From positions 1-64,000 of the forward strand of contig JAUCBJ010007554.1 in NCBI GenBank assembly GCA_032718475.1: 64,000 bases of DNA. Direction: 5' to 3'. Below the pieces are notes generated by a model. The model made no database searches, had not been told where the DNA came from, and saw only the letters and a list, made by a program, of their open reading frames with translations. The position numbers and the translations under genes were made by a program. Of the stretch, positions 11,737-23,023 are shown piece by piece. The DNA comes from Nemertoderma westbladi (Eukaryota; Animalia; Xenacoelomorpha). Position 1 is the stretch's first letter. Each line of letters opens with the position of its first letter.

Positions 11737-12956
11737 TGTTCGCGCTTTTAAGACCTTTGGCAGTTTAACCCGCCAAATCTATATGTCTTCTAAGTTATAA
11801 ATCTACTCTAGCCTATGACAAGTATTGAACACCTATAATAATTCTAACATTAGCCAAAGCCAGTCTGTGCGCGACCATTCACCCGCTGGATATACCCGGG
11901 AGACTGGATTTGGATGCTTTAATTTGATTGCGGTGCAGGCCTACTGTACTATTCGATTGATCGTTAATATATAATCTCTGACAAATATTATTCACTTTCG
12001 GGAAATATTACCAGTTCCTTTAGGACGTGGCGCTCTATCTATTTAAACAGAGCTATGACTTACACTATACACAACAGTATGTCTTATAGATCACCAAAGT
12101 GCATTCTTTAGGAAATGCTTTGTTACTCGGTCAAGCACACACAGACTATTGCACACAACTGCACACTGAATTGCCGACATTCACTGATTTTAATCATATA
12201 TAAAGAGAATAACAACCGACATTTGTAGGGCCTATTAAGTAGCATTGAACTCACTACAAACCACGATAATGTATGTTGCAAATTGTTATATGTAACCGGT
12301 CTCTCTAACCTTAGTGTATCAAGAAGATTGGGTTTTCGGATCGTTATCAATATTCTTCCCAATAATAATATGTAAACGAACGATACAATTAACAACACAG
12401 TAAATAGCAGTAAATAATGCGGCGAAAAGCAGTTTACGTCAGGGTGCTTAATCAGATGCCGAGGTGCAAAACCGTGATAACCGTTTGATGATCTTATAAT
12501 TAAAGACGCTCTAATGTCAGAAAACATTCCCCGGCCGGTGTTCTAGGCGTGGGGGAAACGTCAGTACTAAACCCTGTAATTCTGCTGTACAGCTTTTACA
12601 CAAAGAGGGAATCTCTGATTGGTCGAATGGCAAAGAGCTCCACGTGGACACAGCTGATAGATGTCGTCATTTTGAGCTGAGCAGAACAAAGAACCAAGGC
12701 AAGGCTCCGGGCAAGCTACACATGTAAAGCTCAGCCGTTAGCTGTCGTCATAGTAACGACACTGTTTCAAGAGGATCTAGGGCGTTGCGTCATAGAATTG
12801 CTAATTATGTCCTCTAAAGTACACATACAGAAGAAATAGCTTTTATGGCCCCTAAAAACACCGGTACAGCAATGACACGGCCTTTTATGCCTGCTAAACC
12901 AACTACAGAGTACTTTACGGGGAAAATGACCGGGCAATTCCGCAAAAGCTTTTACA
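11737..12956 (-). repeat. 5' LTR
   Basis: Direct repeat of 1330-2549, upstream of the Gag ORF on the - strand; contains a CCAAT box (- strand, ~12620) and CACGTG. Confidence 0.95.
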
Positions 12957-15900
12957 GAATCCGTGTTTTACACCCCTTCCCGGATACAATAAAACTTGGA
13001 AATTAACTTGAATCCGTGTTTTACACCCCTTCCAGGATCCAATAAAACTTGGTAATTAACTTTAATCCGTGTTTTACACCCCTTCCCGGATCCAATAAAA
13101 CTTGGTAATTAACTTGAATCCGCGTTTTATACCCCTTCTCGGATCCAATAAAACTTGGAAATTAACTTGAATCCGTGTTTTACACCCCTTCCAGGATCCA
13201 ATAAAACTTGGTAATTAACTTTAATCCGTGTTTTACACCCCTTCCCGGATCCAATAAAACTTGGTAATTAACTTGAATCCGCGTTTTATACCCCTTCTCG
13301 GATCCAATAAAACTTGGAAATTAACTTGAATCCGTGTTTTACACCCCTTCCAGGATCCAATAAAACTTGGTAATTAACTTGAATCCGTGTTTTACACCCC
13401 TTCCCGGATCCAATAAAACTTGGTAATTAACTTGAATCCACGTTTTACACCCCTTCCCGGATACATAAACTTGGTAAATAAATTGAATCCGCGTTTTACA
13501 CCCCTTCCCGGATCCAATAGAACTTGGTAATTAACTTGAATCCGCGTTTTACACCCCTTCCCGGATACATAAACTTGGTAAATAAATTGAATCCGCGTTT
13601 TACACCCCTTCCCGGATCCAATAAAACTTGGTAATTAACTTGAATCCGCGTTTTACACCCCTTCCCGGATAAATAAACTTGGTAAATAAATTGAATCCGC
13701 GTTTTACAGCCCTTCCCGGATACATCAACTTGGTAATTAACTTGAATCCGCGTTTTATAGCCCTTCTCGGATCCAATAAAACTTGGAAATTAACTTGAAT
13801 CCGTGTTTTACACCCCTTCCAGGATCCAATAAAACTTGGTAATTAACTTTAATCCGTGTTTTACACCCCTTCCCGGATCCAATAAAACTTGGTAATTAAC
13901 TTGAATCCACGTTTTACACCCCTTCCCGGATACATAAACTTGGTAAATAAATTGAATCCGCGTTTTACACCCCTTCCCGGATCCAATAGAACTTGGTAAT
14001 TAACTTGAATCCGCGTTTTACACCCCTTCCCGGATACATAAACTTGGTAAATAAATTGAATCCGCGTTTTACACCCCTTCCCGGATCCAATAAAACTTGG
14101 TAATTAACTTGAATCCACGTTTTACACCCCTTCCCGGATCCAATAAAACTTTGTAATTAACTTGAATCCACGTTTTACACCCCTTCCCGGATCCAATAAA
14201 CTTGGTAATTAACTTGAATCCGCGTTTTATACCCCTTCTCGGATCCAATAAAACTTGGAAATTAACTTGAATCCGTGTTTTACACCCCTTCCAGGATCCA
14301 ATAAAACTTGGTAATTAACTTTAATCCGTGTTTTACACCCCTTCCCGGATCCAATAAAACTTGGTAATTAACTTGAATCCACGTTTTACACCCCTTCCCG
14401 CGGATACATAAACTTGGTAAATAAATTGAATCCGCGTTTTACACCCCTTCCCGGATCCAATAGAACTTGGTAATTAACTTGAATCCGCGTTTTACACCCC
14501 TTCCCGGATACATAAACTTGGTAAATAAATTGAATCCGCGTTTTACACCCCTTCCCGGATCCAATAAAACTTGGCAATTAACTTGAATCCACGTTTTACA
14601 CCCCTTCCCGGATCCAATAAAACTTTGTAATTAACTTGAATCCACGTTTTACACCCCTTCCCGGATCCAATAAACTTGGTAATTAACTTGAATCCGCGTT
14701 TTATACCCCTTCTCGGATCCAATAAAACTTGGAAATTAACTTGAATCCGTGTTTTACACCCCTTCCAGGATCCAATAAAACTTGGTAATTAACTTGAATC
14801 CACGTTTTACACCCCTTCTCGGATCCAATAAACTTGGTAATTAACTTGAATCCGCGTTTTATACCCCTTCTCGGATCCAATAAAACTTGGAGATTAACTT
14901 GAATCCGTGTTTTACACCCCTTCCCGGATCCAATAAACTTGGTAATTAACTTGAATCCACGTTTTACACCCCTTCCCGGATCCAATAAACTTGGTAATTA
15001 ACTTGAATCCGCGTTTTATACCCCTTCTCGGATCCAATAAAACTTGGAAATTAACTTGAATCCGTGTTTTACACCCCTTCCAGGATCCAATAAAACTTGG
15101 TAATTAACTTGAATCCACGTTTTACACCCCTTCTCGGATCCAATAAACTTGGTAATTAACTTGAATCCGCGTTTTATACCCCTTCTCGGATCCAATAAAA
15201 CTTGGTAATTAACTTTAATCCGTGTTTTACACCCCTTACCGGATTTAGTAACACATGGTAATTAACTTGAATCCGTGTTTTACACCCCTTCTCGGATCCA
15301 ATACAACTTGGTAATTAACTTGAATCCACGTTTTACACCCCTTCTCGGATCCAATAAAACTTGGTAATTAACTTGAATCCGTGTTTTACACCCCTTCCCG
15401 GATCCAATAAACTTGGTAATTAACTTGAATCCACGTTTTATACCCCTTCTGGATCCAATAAAACTTTGTAATTAGCTTGAATCCGCGTATTACACCCCTT
15501 CCCGGATCCAGTAACACATGGTAATTTAACTTGAATCCGCGTTTTATACCCCTTCTCGGATCCAATAAAACTTGGTAATTAACTTGAATCCGTGTTTTAC
15601 ACCCCTTCCCGGATCCAATAAACTTGGTAATTAACTTGAATCCGCGTTTTACACCCCTTCCCGGATCCAATAAAACTTGGTAATTAACTTGAATCCGTGT
15701 TTTACACTCCATTTCGGACCCAATAAAACTTGGTAATTAACGTAAATCCGTGTTTTACACTCCATTCCGGACCCAATAAAACTTGGTAATTAACGTAAAT
15801 CCGTGTTTTACACCCCTTCCCGGATCCAATAAAACTTGGTAATTAACTTGAATCCGTGTTTTACACCCCTTCCCGGATCCAATAAACTTGGTAATTAACT

Positions 15901-18192
15901 TGAATCCGCGTTTTACACCCCTTCCCGGACCCAATAAAACTTGGTAATTAACGTAAATCCGTGTTTTACACCCCTTCCCGGATCCAATAAAAAATGGTAA
16001 TTAACTTGAATCCGTGTTTTACACCCCTTCCCGGATCCAATAAAACTCGGTAATTAACTTGAATCCGTGTTTTACACCCCTTCCCGGATCCAATAAACTT
16101 TGTAATTAACTTGAATCCGCGTTTTACACCCCTTCCCGGATCCAATAAAACTTTGTAATTAACGTAAATCCGTGTTTTACACCCCTTCCCGGATCCAATA
16201 TACTTGGTAATTAACTTGAATCCGCGTTTTACACCCCTTCCCGGATCCAATAAAACTCGGTAATTAGCATGAATCCGCGTTTTGCACCCCTTCTCGGATC
16301 CAATAAAACTTGGTAATAAACCTGAATCCGCGTTTTACACCCCTTCCCGGATCCATCAAAACTTGGTAATTAACTTGAATCCGCGTTTTACACCCCTTAA
16401 CTTGAATCCGCGTTTTACACCCCTTCCCGGATCCAATAAAACTCGGTAATTAGCATGAATCCGCGTTTTACACCCCTTCTCGGATCCAATAAAACTTGGT
16501 AATAAACCTGAATCCGCGTTTTACACCCCTTCCCGGATCCATCAAAACTTGGTAATTAACTTGAATCCGCGTTTTACACCCCTTAACTTGAATCCGCGTT
16601 TTACACCCCTTCCCGGATCCAATAAACTTGGTAATTAACTTGAATCCGCGTTTTACACCCCTTCCCGGATCCAATGAAACTTGGTAATTAACTTGAATTC
16701 GCGTTTTACACCCTTTCCCGGATCCAATAAAACTTGGTAAATAAATTGAATCCGCGTTTTACACCCCTTCCCGGATCCAATACAACTTGGTAATAAACCT
16801 GAATCCGTATTTTACACCCAATCCCGGATTCAGTAGAATTATGAATCCGCGTTTTAATTAATAAAACGAAAATCCGTGTTTTACACTCCATTCCGGGTCC
16901 AATAAAACTTGGTAATTAACGTAAATCCGTGTTTTACACTCCATTCCGGATCCAACAAAACTTGATAATTAACGAAAATCCGTGTTTTACACTCCATTCC
17001 GGATCCAACAAAACTTGGTAATTCACGAAAATCCGTATTTTACACTCCGTTCCGGATCCAACAAAACATGGTAATTAACGTAAATCCGTGTTTTACACTC
17101 CATTCCGGATCAAATAAAACTTGGTAATTAACGTAAATCCGTGTTTTACACTCCATTCCGGATCCAACAAAACTTGATAATTAACGTAAATCCGTGTTTT
17201 ACACTCCATTCCGGATCCAATAAAACTTGGTAATTAACGAAAATCCGTGTTTTACACTCCGTTCCGGATCCAACAAAACTTGGTAATTAACGTAAATCCG
17301 TGTTTTACACTCCATTCCGGATCCAACAAAACTTGGTAATTAACGAAAATCCGTGTTTTACACTCCATTCCGGACCCAATAAAACTTGGTAATTAACGTA
17401 AATCCGTGTTTTACACTCCATTCCGGATCCAATAAAACTTGGTAATTAACGTAAATCAGTGTTTTACAATCCATTCCGGAACAAACAAAACTTGGTAATT
17501 AACGTAAATCCGTGTTTTACACTCCATTCCGGATCCAATAAAACTTGGTAATTAACGAAAATCCGTGTTTTACACTCCATTTCGGACCCAATAAAACTTG
17601 GTAATTAACGTAAATCCGTGTTTTACACTCCATTCCGGATCCAATAAAACTTGGTAATTAACGTAAATCCGTGTTTTACACTCCATTCCGGATCCAGCAA
17701 AACCTGGTAATTCAAGAAAATCCGTGTTTTACACTCCATTCCGGATCCAATAAAAATTGGTAATTAATGTAAATCCGTGTTTTACACTCCATTCCGGATC
17801 CAATAAAAATTGGTAATTAACGTAAATCCGTGTTTTACACTCCATTCCGGATCCAATAAAACTTGGTAATTAACGTAAATCCGTGTTTTACACCCCTTTC
17901 CGGATCCAATAAAACTTGGTAATTAACTAGAATCCGCGTTTTACACCCCTTCCCGGATTCAGTAGAAATATGAATCCGCATTTTACACTCCGTTCAGGAT
18001 TTAGTCTAAAACATGAATCCGCGCTTTACACTCCGTTCCGGATTTGAAAAAAAGGCCAATCCGCGTTTTACACACGGTTACGGATTCGGTAAATTTAGCA
18101 GAGCAGATTACACCCTAAAAATGTAAATTCAGTCGATTTCCGTAGGGACAATGTTAAATGATAGAATCCGGATCCGCGTTTTACTCTGACCC
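12957..18192. repeat. 53-bp satellite array (~95 copies, two subfamilies) ending in a transposon-like terminus
   Basis: Unit TTGAATCCGCGTTTTACACCCCTTCCCGGATCCAATAAAACTTGGTAATTAAC; variant CGTAAATCC...ACTCCATTCC dominates from ~16870; degenerates towards ...GGATCCGCGTTTTACTCTGACCC at 18192. Confidence 0.95.
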
Positions 18193-19317
18193 TATAAATT
18201 GTCAAATATGGACCATTAACCGGTTAGATTTGCAATTTTAGCTGGTTAATCAGTGCATATGAACAAATTATTGCGTGAGTGTGTCCAAAATGGTCCAAAA
18301 GAGTCTCACATACATAACGGAGGTATTCTATCAGAAAATGCGAACTGATGCAGATTTAGATCATCACATCCATTTCTTAGATAGTTTTGCCATTAATTTC
18401 AAAATTCAACATATTTAAAAAATCAAGTACGGGACATTGGTCAATATGGTTGGCATTGACCCATATGTTTATATATATATTATGTATGATTATACTCGAA
18501 TAATAATTATAATACGTACAAATCCATACTAATCATAACACCAGGGAAAAGGGCTCTTAGAGTTAAGTTGAGATATTATGTGAAATAGACGACTCTGGGT
18601 TTTATACGAAATATAAAGAGTTCATTACAATGTCATATATAATTTAATTAATTAGGACTAATCATGAAACTTATTACGAAAGCAACAAATACCCCAAAAG
18701 CACACAATACAAGACACAAACTGATTAAGCTTAGTTACTCAACGTAAGTTGTTATGGAAACACAATGTGCATCCAAATACTGAGGTTAGCATTGGCTAAT
18801 TAACTTGTGAACATAAAGTAAAATATTACATTGTAGAAGAAAATAAAGCCAGCAATATAATAACTGCAACTGCTTCAACAGTTGAAACATATTGAATTCA
18901 TAAAACTATGTATTCCGTTACGTTAACACACGCAATCTTTGTATCACTTACCAAGAAGCGTTACGTTAACACACGCAATCTTTGTATCACTTACCAAGAA
19001 GATCAACTTTATCAGGATGACAGGCTACTGCCTGGGAAACTATACCGTTTTACAAACTCAACACAGATCAATCTGCTTAATTATTCTGTTACTATATCCG
19101 AAGTTACAAACAAATTACTTACGGGTCCTAAATGAAACGAACTGTGGAAAAACCGACCAGAATAAAATATATTATATAAGTTTCATAAAAAAAACACCAG
19201 CACACTTTACCAGACGGCATCAACCTTCTAAGAATATATAAATATGGATATGGAATATTCTAGAACCAATAATGATCATATTGCAGGATCTCTATGTTAC
19301 TTTAGTTAGCCATCAGG

Positions 19318-19497
19318 TCACAAATCTTCTCTTTCAAAAACTACAGAGTCATCGGTTGTTCCGTCCTCATCACCTTTCTCTCCATCATCAGGTTTAGATT
19401 CAACATCACCCTCTACAGTTTCTTCATTAACTTCTTCGGCACTTTCTTCTTCTTTAGGCTCCTCTTCTTCTTCACCAAAGTCTTCCTCTTCCTCGAC
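19318..19497 (-). CDS. HSP90B1: Endoplasmin/GRP94, last coding exon (acidic tail, ends ...VVFEREDL*)
   Basis: TAG acceptor at 19500-19498, phase 0; VEEEEDFGEEEEEPKEEE...FEREDL then TGA; in frame with the upstream exons. Confidence 0.88.
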   Translation of the reverse strand, partial: VEEEEDFGEEEEEPKEEESAEEVNEETVEGDVESKPDDGEKGDEDGTTDDSVVFEREDL

Positions 19498-19611
19498 CTA
19501 CACGACAAACAATGTTAGATAGTAACTTATTCTGAACTTCTCTAGGATCTACTTCATCCAACTGTGTAAAGTAAATTACGGGGCTCGAGTTTTATCCCAG
19601 TCCCGCACGCT

Positions 19612-21097
19612 TAGAGTTTAACTTTTACTGTTATTCCGTTTGGATCCTAATTTAACTTACTGTTGCGTTTGGATCCTAATTTAACTTACTATTCCGTTTG
19701 GATCCTAATTTAACTTACTGTTGCGTTTGGATCCTAGTTGAACTTACTGTTGCGTTTGGATCCTAGTTTAATTTACTGTTCCATTTGGATCCTAATTTAA
19801 CTTACTGTTGCGTTTGAATCCTAGTTTAACTTACTGTTGCGTTTGGATCCTAGTTTAACTTACTGTTGCGTTTGGATCCTAGTTTAACTTACTGTTGCGT
19901 TTGGATCCTAGTTTAACTTACTGTTGCGTTTGGATCCTAGTTTAATTTACTGTTCCATTTGGATCCTAATTTAACTTACTGTTGCGTTTGGATCCTAGTT
20001 TAACTTACTGTTCCATTTGGATCCTAGTTTAACTTACTGTTGCGTTTGGATCCTAGTTTAATTTACAGTTGCGTTTGGATCCTAGTTTAACTTACTGTTG
20101 CGTTTGGATCCTAGTTGAACTTACTATTGCGTTTGGATCCCAGTTTAACTTACTGTTGCGTTTGGATCCTAATTTAACTTACTGTTGCGTTTGGATCCTA
20201 GTTTAATTTACTGTTGCGTTTGGATCCTAGTTTAACTTACTGTTGCGTTTGGATCCTAGTTCAACTTACTGTTGCGTTTGGATCCTAGTTCAACTTACTG
20301 TTGCGTTTGGATCCTAGTTTAACTTACTGTTGCGTTTGGATCCTAGTTTAACTTACTGTTGCGTTTGAATCCTAGTTTAACTTACTGTTGTGTTTGAATC
20401 CTAGTTTAACTTACTGTTGCGTTTGGATCCTAGTTTAACTTACTGTTGCGTTTGGATCCTAGTTTAACTTACTGTTGCGTTTGGATCCTAGTTGAACTTA
20501 CTATTGCGTTTGGATCCCAGTTTAACTTACTGTTGCGTTTGGATCCTAATTTAACTTACTGTTGCGTTTGGATCCTAGTTCAACTTACTGTTGCGTTTGG
20601 ATCCTAGTTTAACTTACTGTTGCGTTTGGATCCTAGTTTAATTTACTGTTGAGTTAGGATCCTAGTTTAACTTACTGTTGCGTTTGGATCCTAGTTAAAT
20701 TTACTGTTGCGTTTGGATCCTAGTTTAACTTACTGTTGCGTTTGGATCCTAGTTTAACTTACTGTTGCGTTTGGATCCTAGTTTAACTTACTGTTGCGTT
20801 TGGATCCTAGTTTAACTTACTGTTGTGTTTGGATCCTAGTTTAATTTACTGTTGCGTTTGGATCCTAATTTAACTTACTGTTGCGTTTGGATCCTAGTTT
20901 AATTTACTGTTGCGTTTGGATCCTAGTTTAACTTACTGTTGCGTTTGGATCCTAGTTTAACTTACTGTTGCGTTTGGATCCTAGTTTAACTTACTGTTGC
21001 GTTTGGATCCTAGTTTAACTTACTGTTGCGTTTGGATCCTAGTTTAACTTACTGTTGCGTTTGGATCCTAGTTTAACTTACTGTTGCGTTTGGATCC
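19612..21097. repeat. 29-bp minisatellite (~50 copies) built from the HSP90B1 exon end plus 5' splice site
   Basis: Unit on - strand GGATCCAAACGCAACA|GTAAGTTAAACTA; first copy overlaps the end of exon 21082-21237. Confidence 0.95.
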
Positions 21098-21237
21098 AGG
21101 TCTAGAGATAACCGTAGCATCCGTTCGATACGTCCAGCAAACTCAGGAAGATCGCGCAAAATGAAACCCGATCGCAAAGTCGCCGTTTCAAACAGAATGA
21201 AGGCGAGATCCTTTGTTGTCTGGCTTTCTTTGTCAGT
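21082..21237 (-). CDS. HSP90B1: Endoplasmin/GRP94 exon (C-terminal domain)
   Basis: TTTAG|TDKESQTTKDLAFILFETATLRSGFILRDLPEFAGRIERMLRLSLDLDPNAT|GTAAGT; 156 nt, phase 0/0. Confidence 0.93.
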
Positions 21238-21424
21238 CTAAAGGAGACAATATGGAAAAAAATGTTACGCGAAAATAGCGCAGAAAATAGATATACATAT
21301 ATATAGATATAGATTGTCTACAATATCGGCGAAATAATCAAATCAATAAAATCAATGGCAGAAAATCACTGGGATAAATAAATCAGGTTTGATGGACTTT
21401 ATGATTGAGTAAGGAATGACCCAC

Positions 21425-21640
21425 CTCTACTTTTGCTTTAAGTTCCTTTATGAGGGGGTGTCTGGGGTTGATCTCGAGAGTCCGTTTCTGACTGCCGTAG
21501 TACAAATTATTTGGGTCGTCGCTCTTACTGTAGGCTTGCGCTTTCATTATGCGTTCCATGTTGCCGGACCACCCATACTGGGCGGCGACAAGGGCACAAG
21601 GAGAGTCAGTCAGGCGTTCGGAGATCCGAGCTTTCTCGAT
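21425..21640 (-). CDS. HSP90B1: Endoplasmin/GRP94 exon
   Basis: TTTAG|[37 protein letters not shown]...[21 protein letters not shown]|GTGGGT; 216 nt; GRP94-type [16 protein letters not shown]. Confidence 0.95.
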
Positions 21641-21842
21641 CTAAATACAATAATAAGTTAGTGGTAGACTAATACCAGTACTGGTACCACATACAGTAGT
21701 AGGTTATGGCACCACAGAAAAGTAGTAGGTGGTGGTTTCAAAAGCAGTTGAAAAAGCTAAAAAGCAGTATCACAGTGAGTAAGTGTTAGAGCGGGCTGTA
21801 AAATTTACGCCAAACAGTACCGGCACCACGTAACTGATACGT

Positions 21843-22678
21843 GAACTTACATAATCCTTTAGTCCATCCTCCTGCAACCAGAACTTACATAATCCTTTAG
21901 TCCATCCTCCTGCAACCAGAACTTACATAATCCTTTAGTCCATCCTCCTGCAACCAGAACTTACATAATCCTTTAGTCCATCCTCCTGCAACCAGAACTT
22001 ACATAATCCTTTAGTCCATCCTCCTGCAACCAGAACTTACATAATCCTTTAGTCCATCCTCCTGCAACCAGAACTTACATAATCCTTTAGTCCATCCTCC
22101 TGCAACCAGAACTTACATAATCCTTTAGTCCATCCTCCTGCAACCAGAACTTACATAATCCTTTAGTCCATCCTCCTGCAACCAGAACTTACATAATCCT
22201 TTAGTCCATCCTCCTGCAACCAGAACTTACATAATCCTTTAGTCCATCCTCCTGCAACCAGAACTTACATAATCCTTTAGTCCATCCTCCTGCAACCAGA
22301 ACTTACATAATCCTTTAGTCCATCCTCCTGCAACCAGAACTTACATAATCCTTTAGTCCATCCTCCTGCAACCAGAACTTACATAATCCTTTAGTCCATC
22401 CTCCTGCAACCAGAACTTACATAATCCTTTAGTCCATCCTCCTGCAACCAGAATTTACATAATCCTTTAGTCCATCCTCCTGCAACCAGAACTTACATAA
22501 TCCTTTAGTCCATCCTCCTGCAACCAGAACTTACATAATCCTTTAGTCCATCCTCCTGCAACCAGAACTTACATAATCCTTTAGTCCATCCTCCTGCAAC
22601 CAGAACTTACATAATCCTTTAGTCCATCCTCCTGCAACCAGAACTTACATAATCCTTTAGTCCATCCTCCTGCAACCA
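21843..22678. repeat. 38-bp minisatellite (22 near-identical copies) built from the HSP90B1 exon end plus 5' splice site
   Basis: Unit on - strand TGGTTGCAGGAGGATGGACTAAAGGATTAT|GTAAGTTC, i.e. 30 nt of exon (WLQEDGLKDY) plus 8 nt of intron. Confidence 0.97.
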
Positions 22679-22897
22679 CTTGGTTAAGGGTTCGTAACTT
22701 TCCTCCAACTCCTTCCTACGCTCTTTACGTTTATCAGTATCTTCCCCAATAGTGAATCCCTCCTTAGCAACATTCTGGAACTTCTTTGATTCGAACTCGG
22801 GCAACGATTGGATAGTGTACTCATCAATAGGTTCTAACATATACAATACCTCGTAACCTCTCTTTAATAACTTCTCTACAAACGGCGACTTCTCAAC
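22649..22897 (-). CDS. HSP90B1: Endoplasmin/GRP94 exon (middle domain)
   Basis: TTTTAG|VEKSPFVEKLLKRGYEVLYMLEPIDEYTIQSLPEFESKKFQNVAKEG...YEPLTKWLQEDGLKDY|GTAAGT; 249 nt. Confidence 0.95.
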
Positions 22898-23023
22898 CTA
22901 AAATAAATTTAAATTACAACATTAATTAAATATTAAAATAACAAAATAAACTATATTTAATCATATTGTATAATAGATTCGCCTGAGCCTGGGTGTTTTG
23001 TAATTTTCTGTGTATTAGTGCAA

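Larger units (their letters stand above)
1330..12956 (-). mobile_element. BEL/Pao LTR retrotransposon, non-autonomous (Gag-protease only), recent insertion
   Basis: Two 1220-bp LTRs (1330-2549, 11737-12956), TG...CA ends, about 5 mismatches by eye. 5-bp TSD GAATC (1325-1329, 12957-12961). Purine-rich GGGAGCGG abuts the 3' LTR on the - strand. BEL/Pao-type Gag-PR ORF inside. Confidence 0.95.

Noticed and set aside
14386-16891. Multiple ORFs in the 53-bp array
   Set aside because: Satellite translations with no coding signal.
21843-22678. CRISPR-like appearance of regular 29-38-bp repeats (here and in other arrays)
   Set aside because: Head-to-tail repeats with no unique spacers, no cas genes, eukaryotic context.
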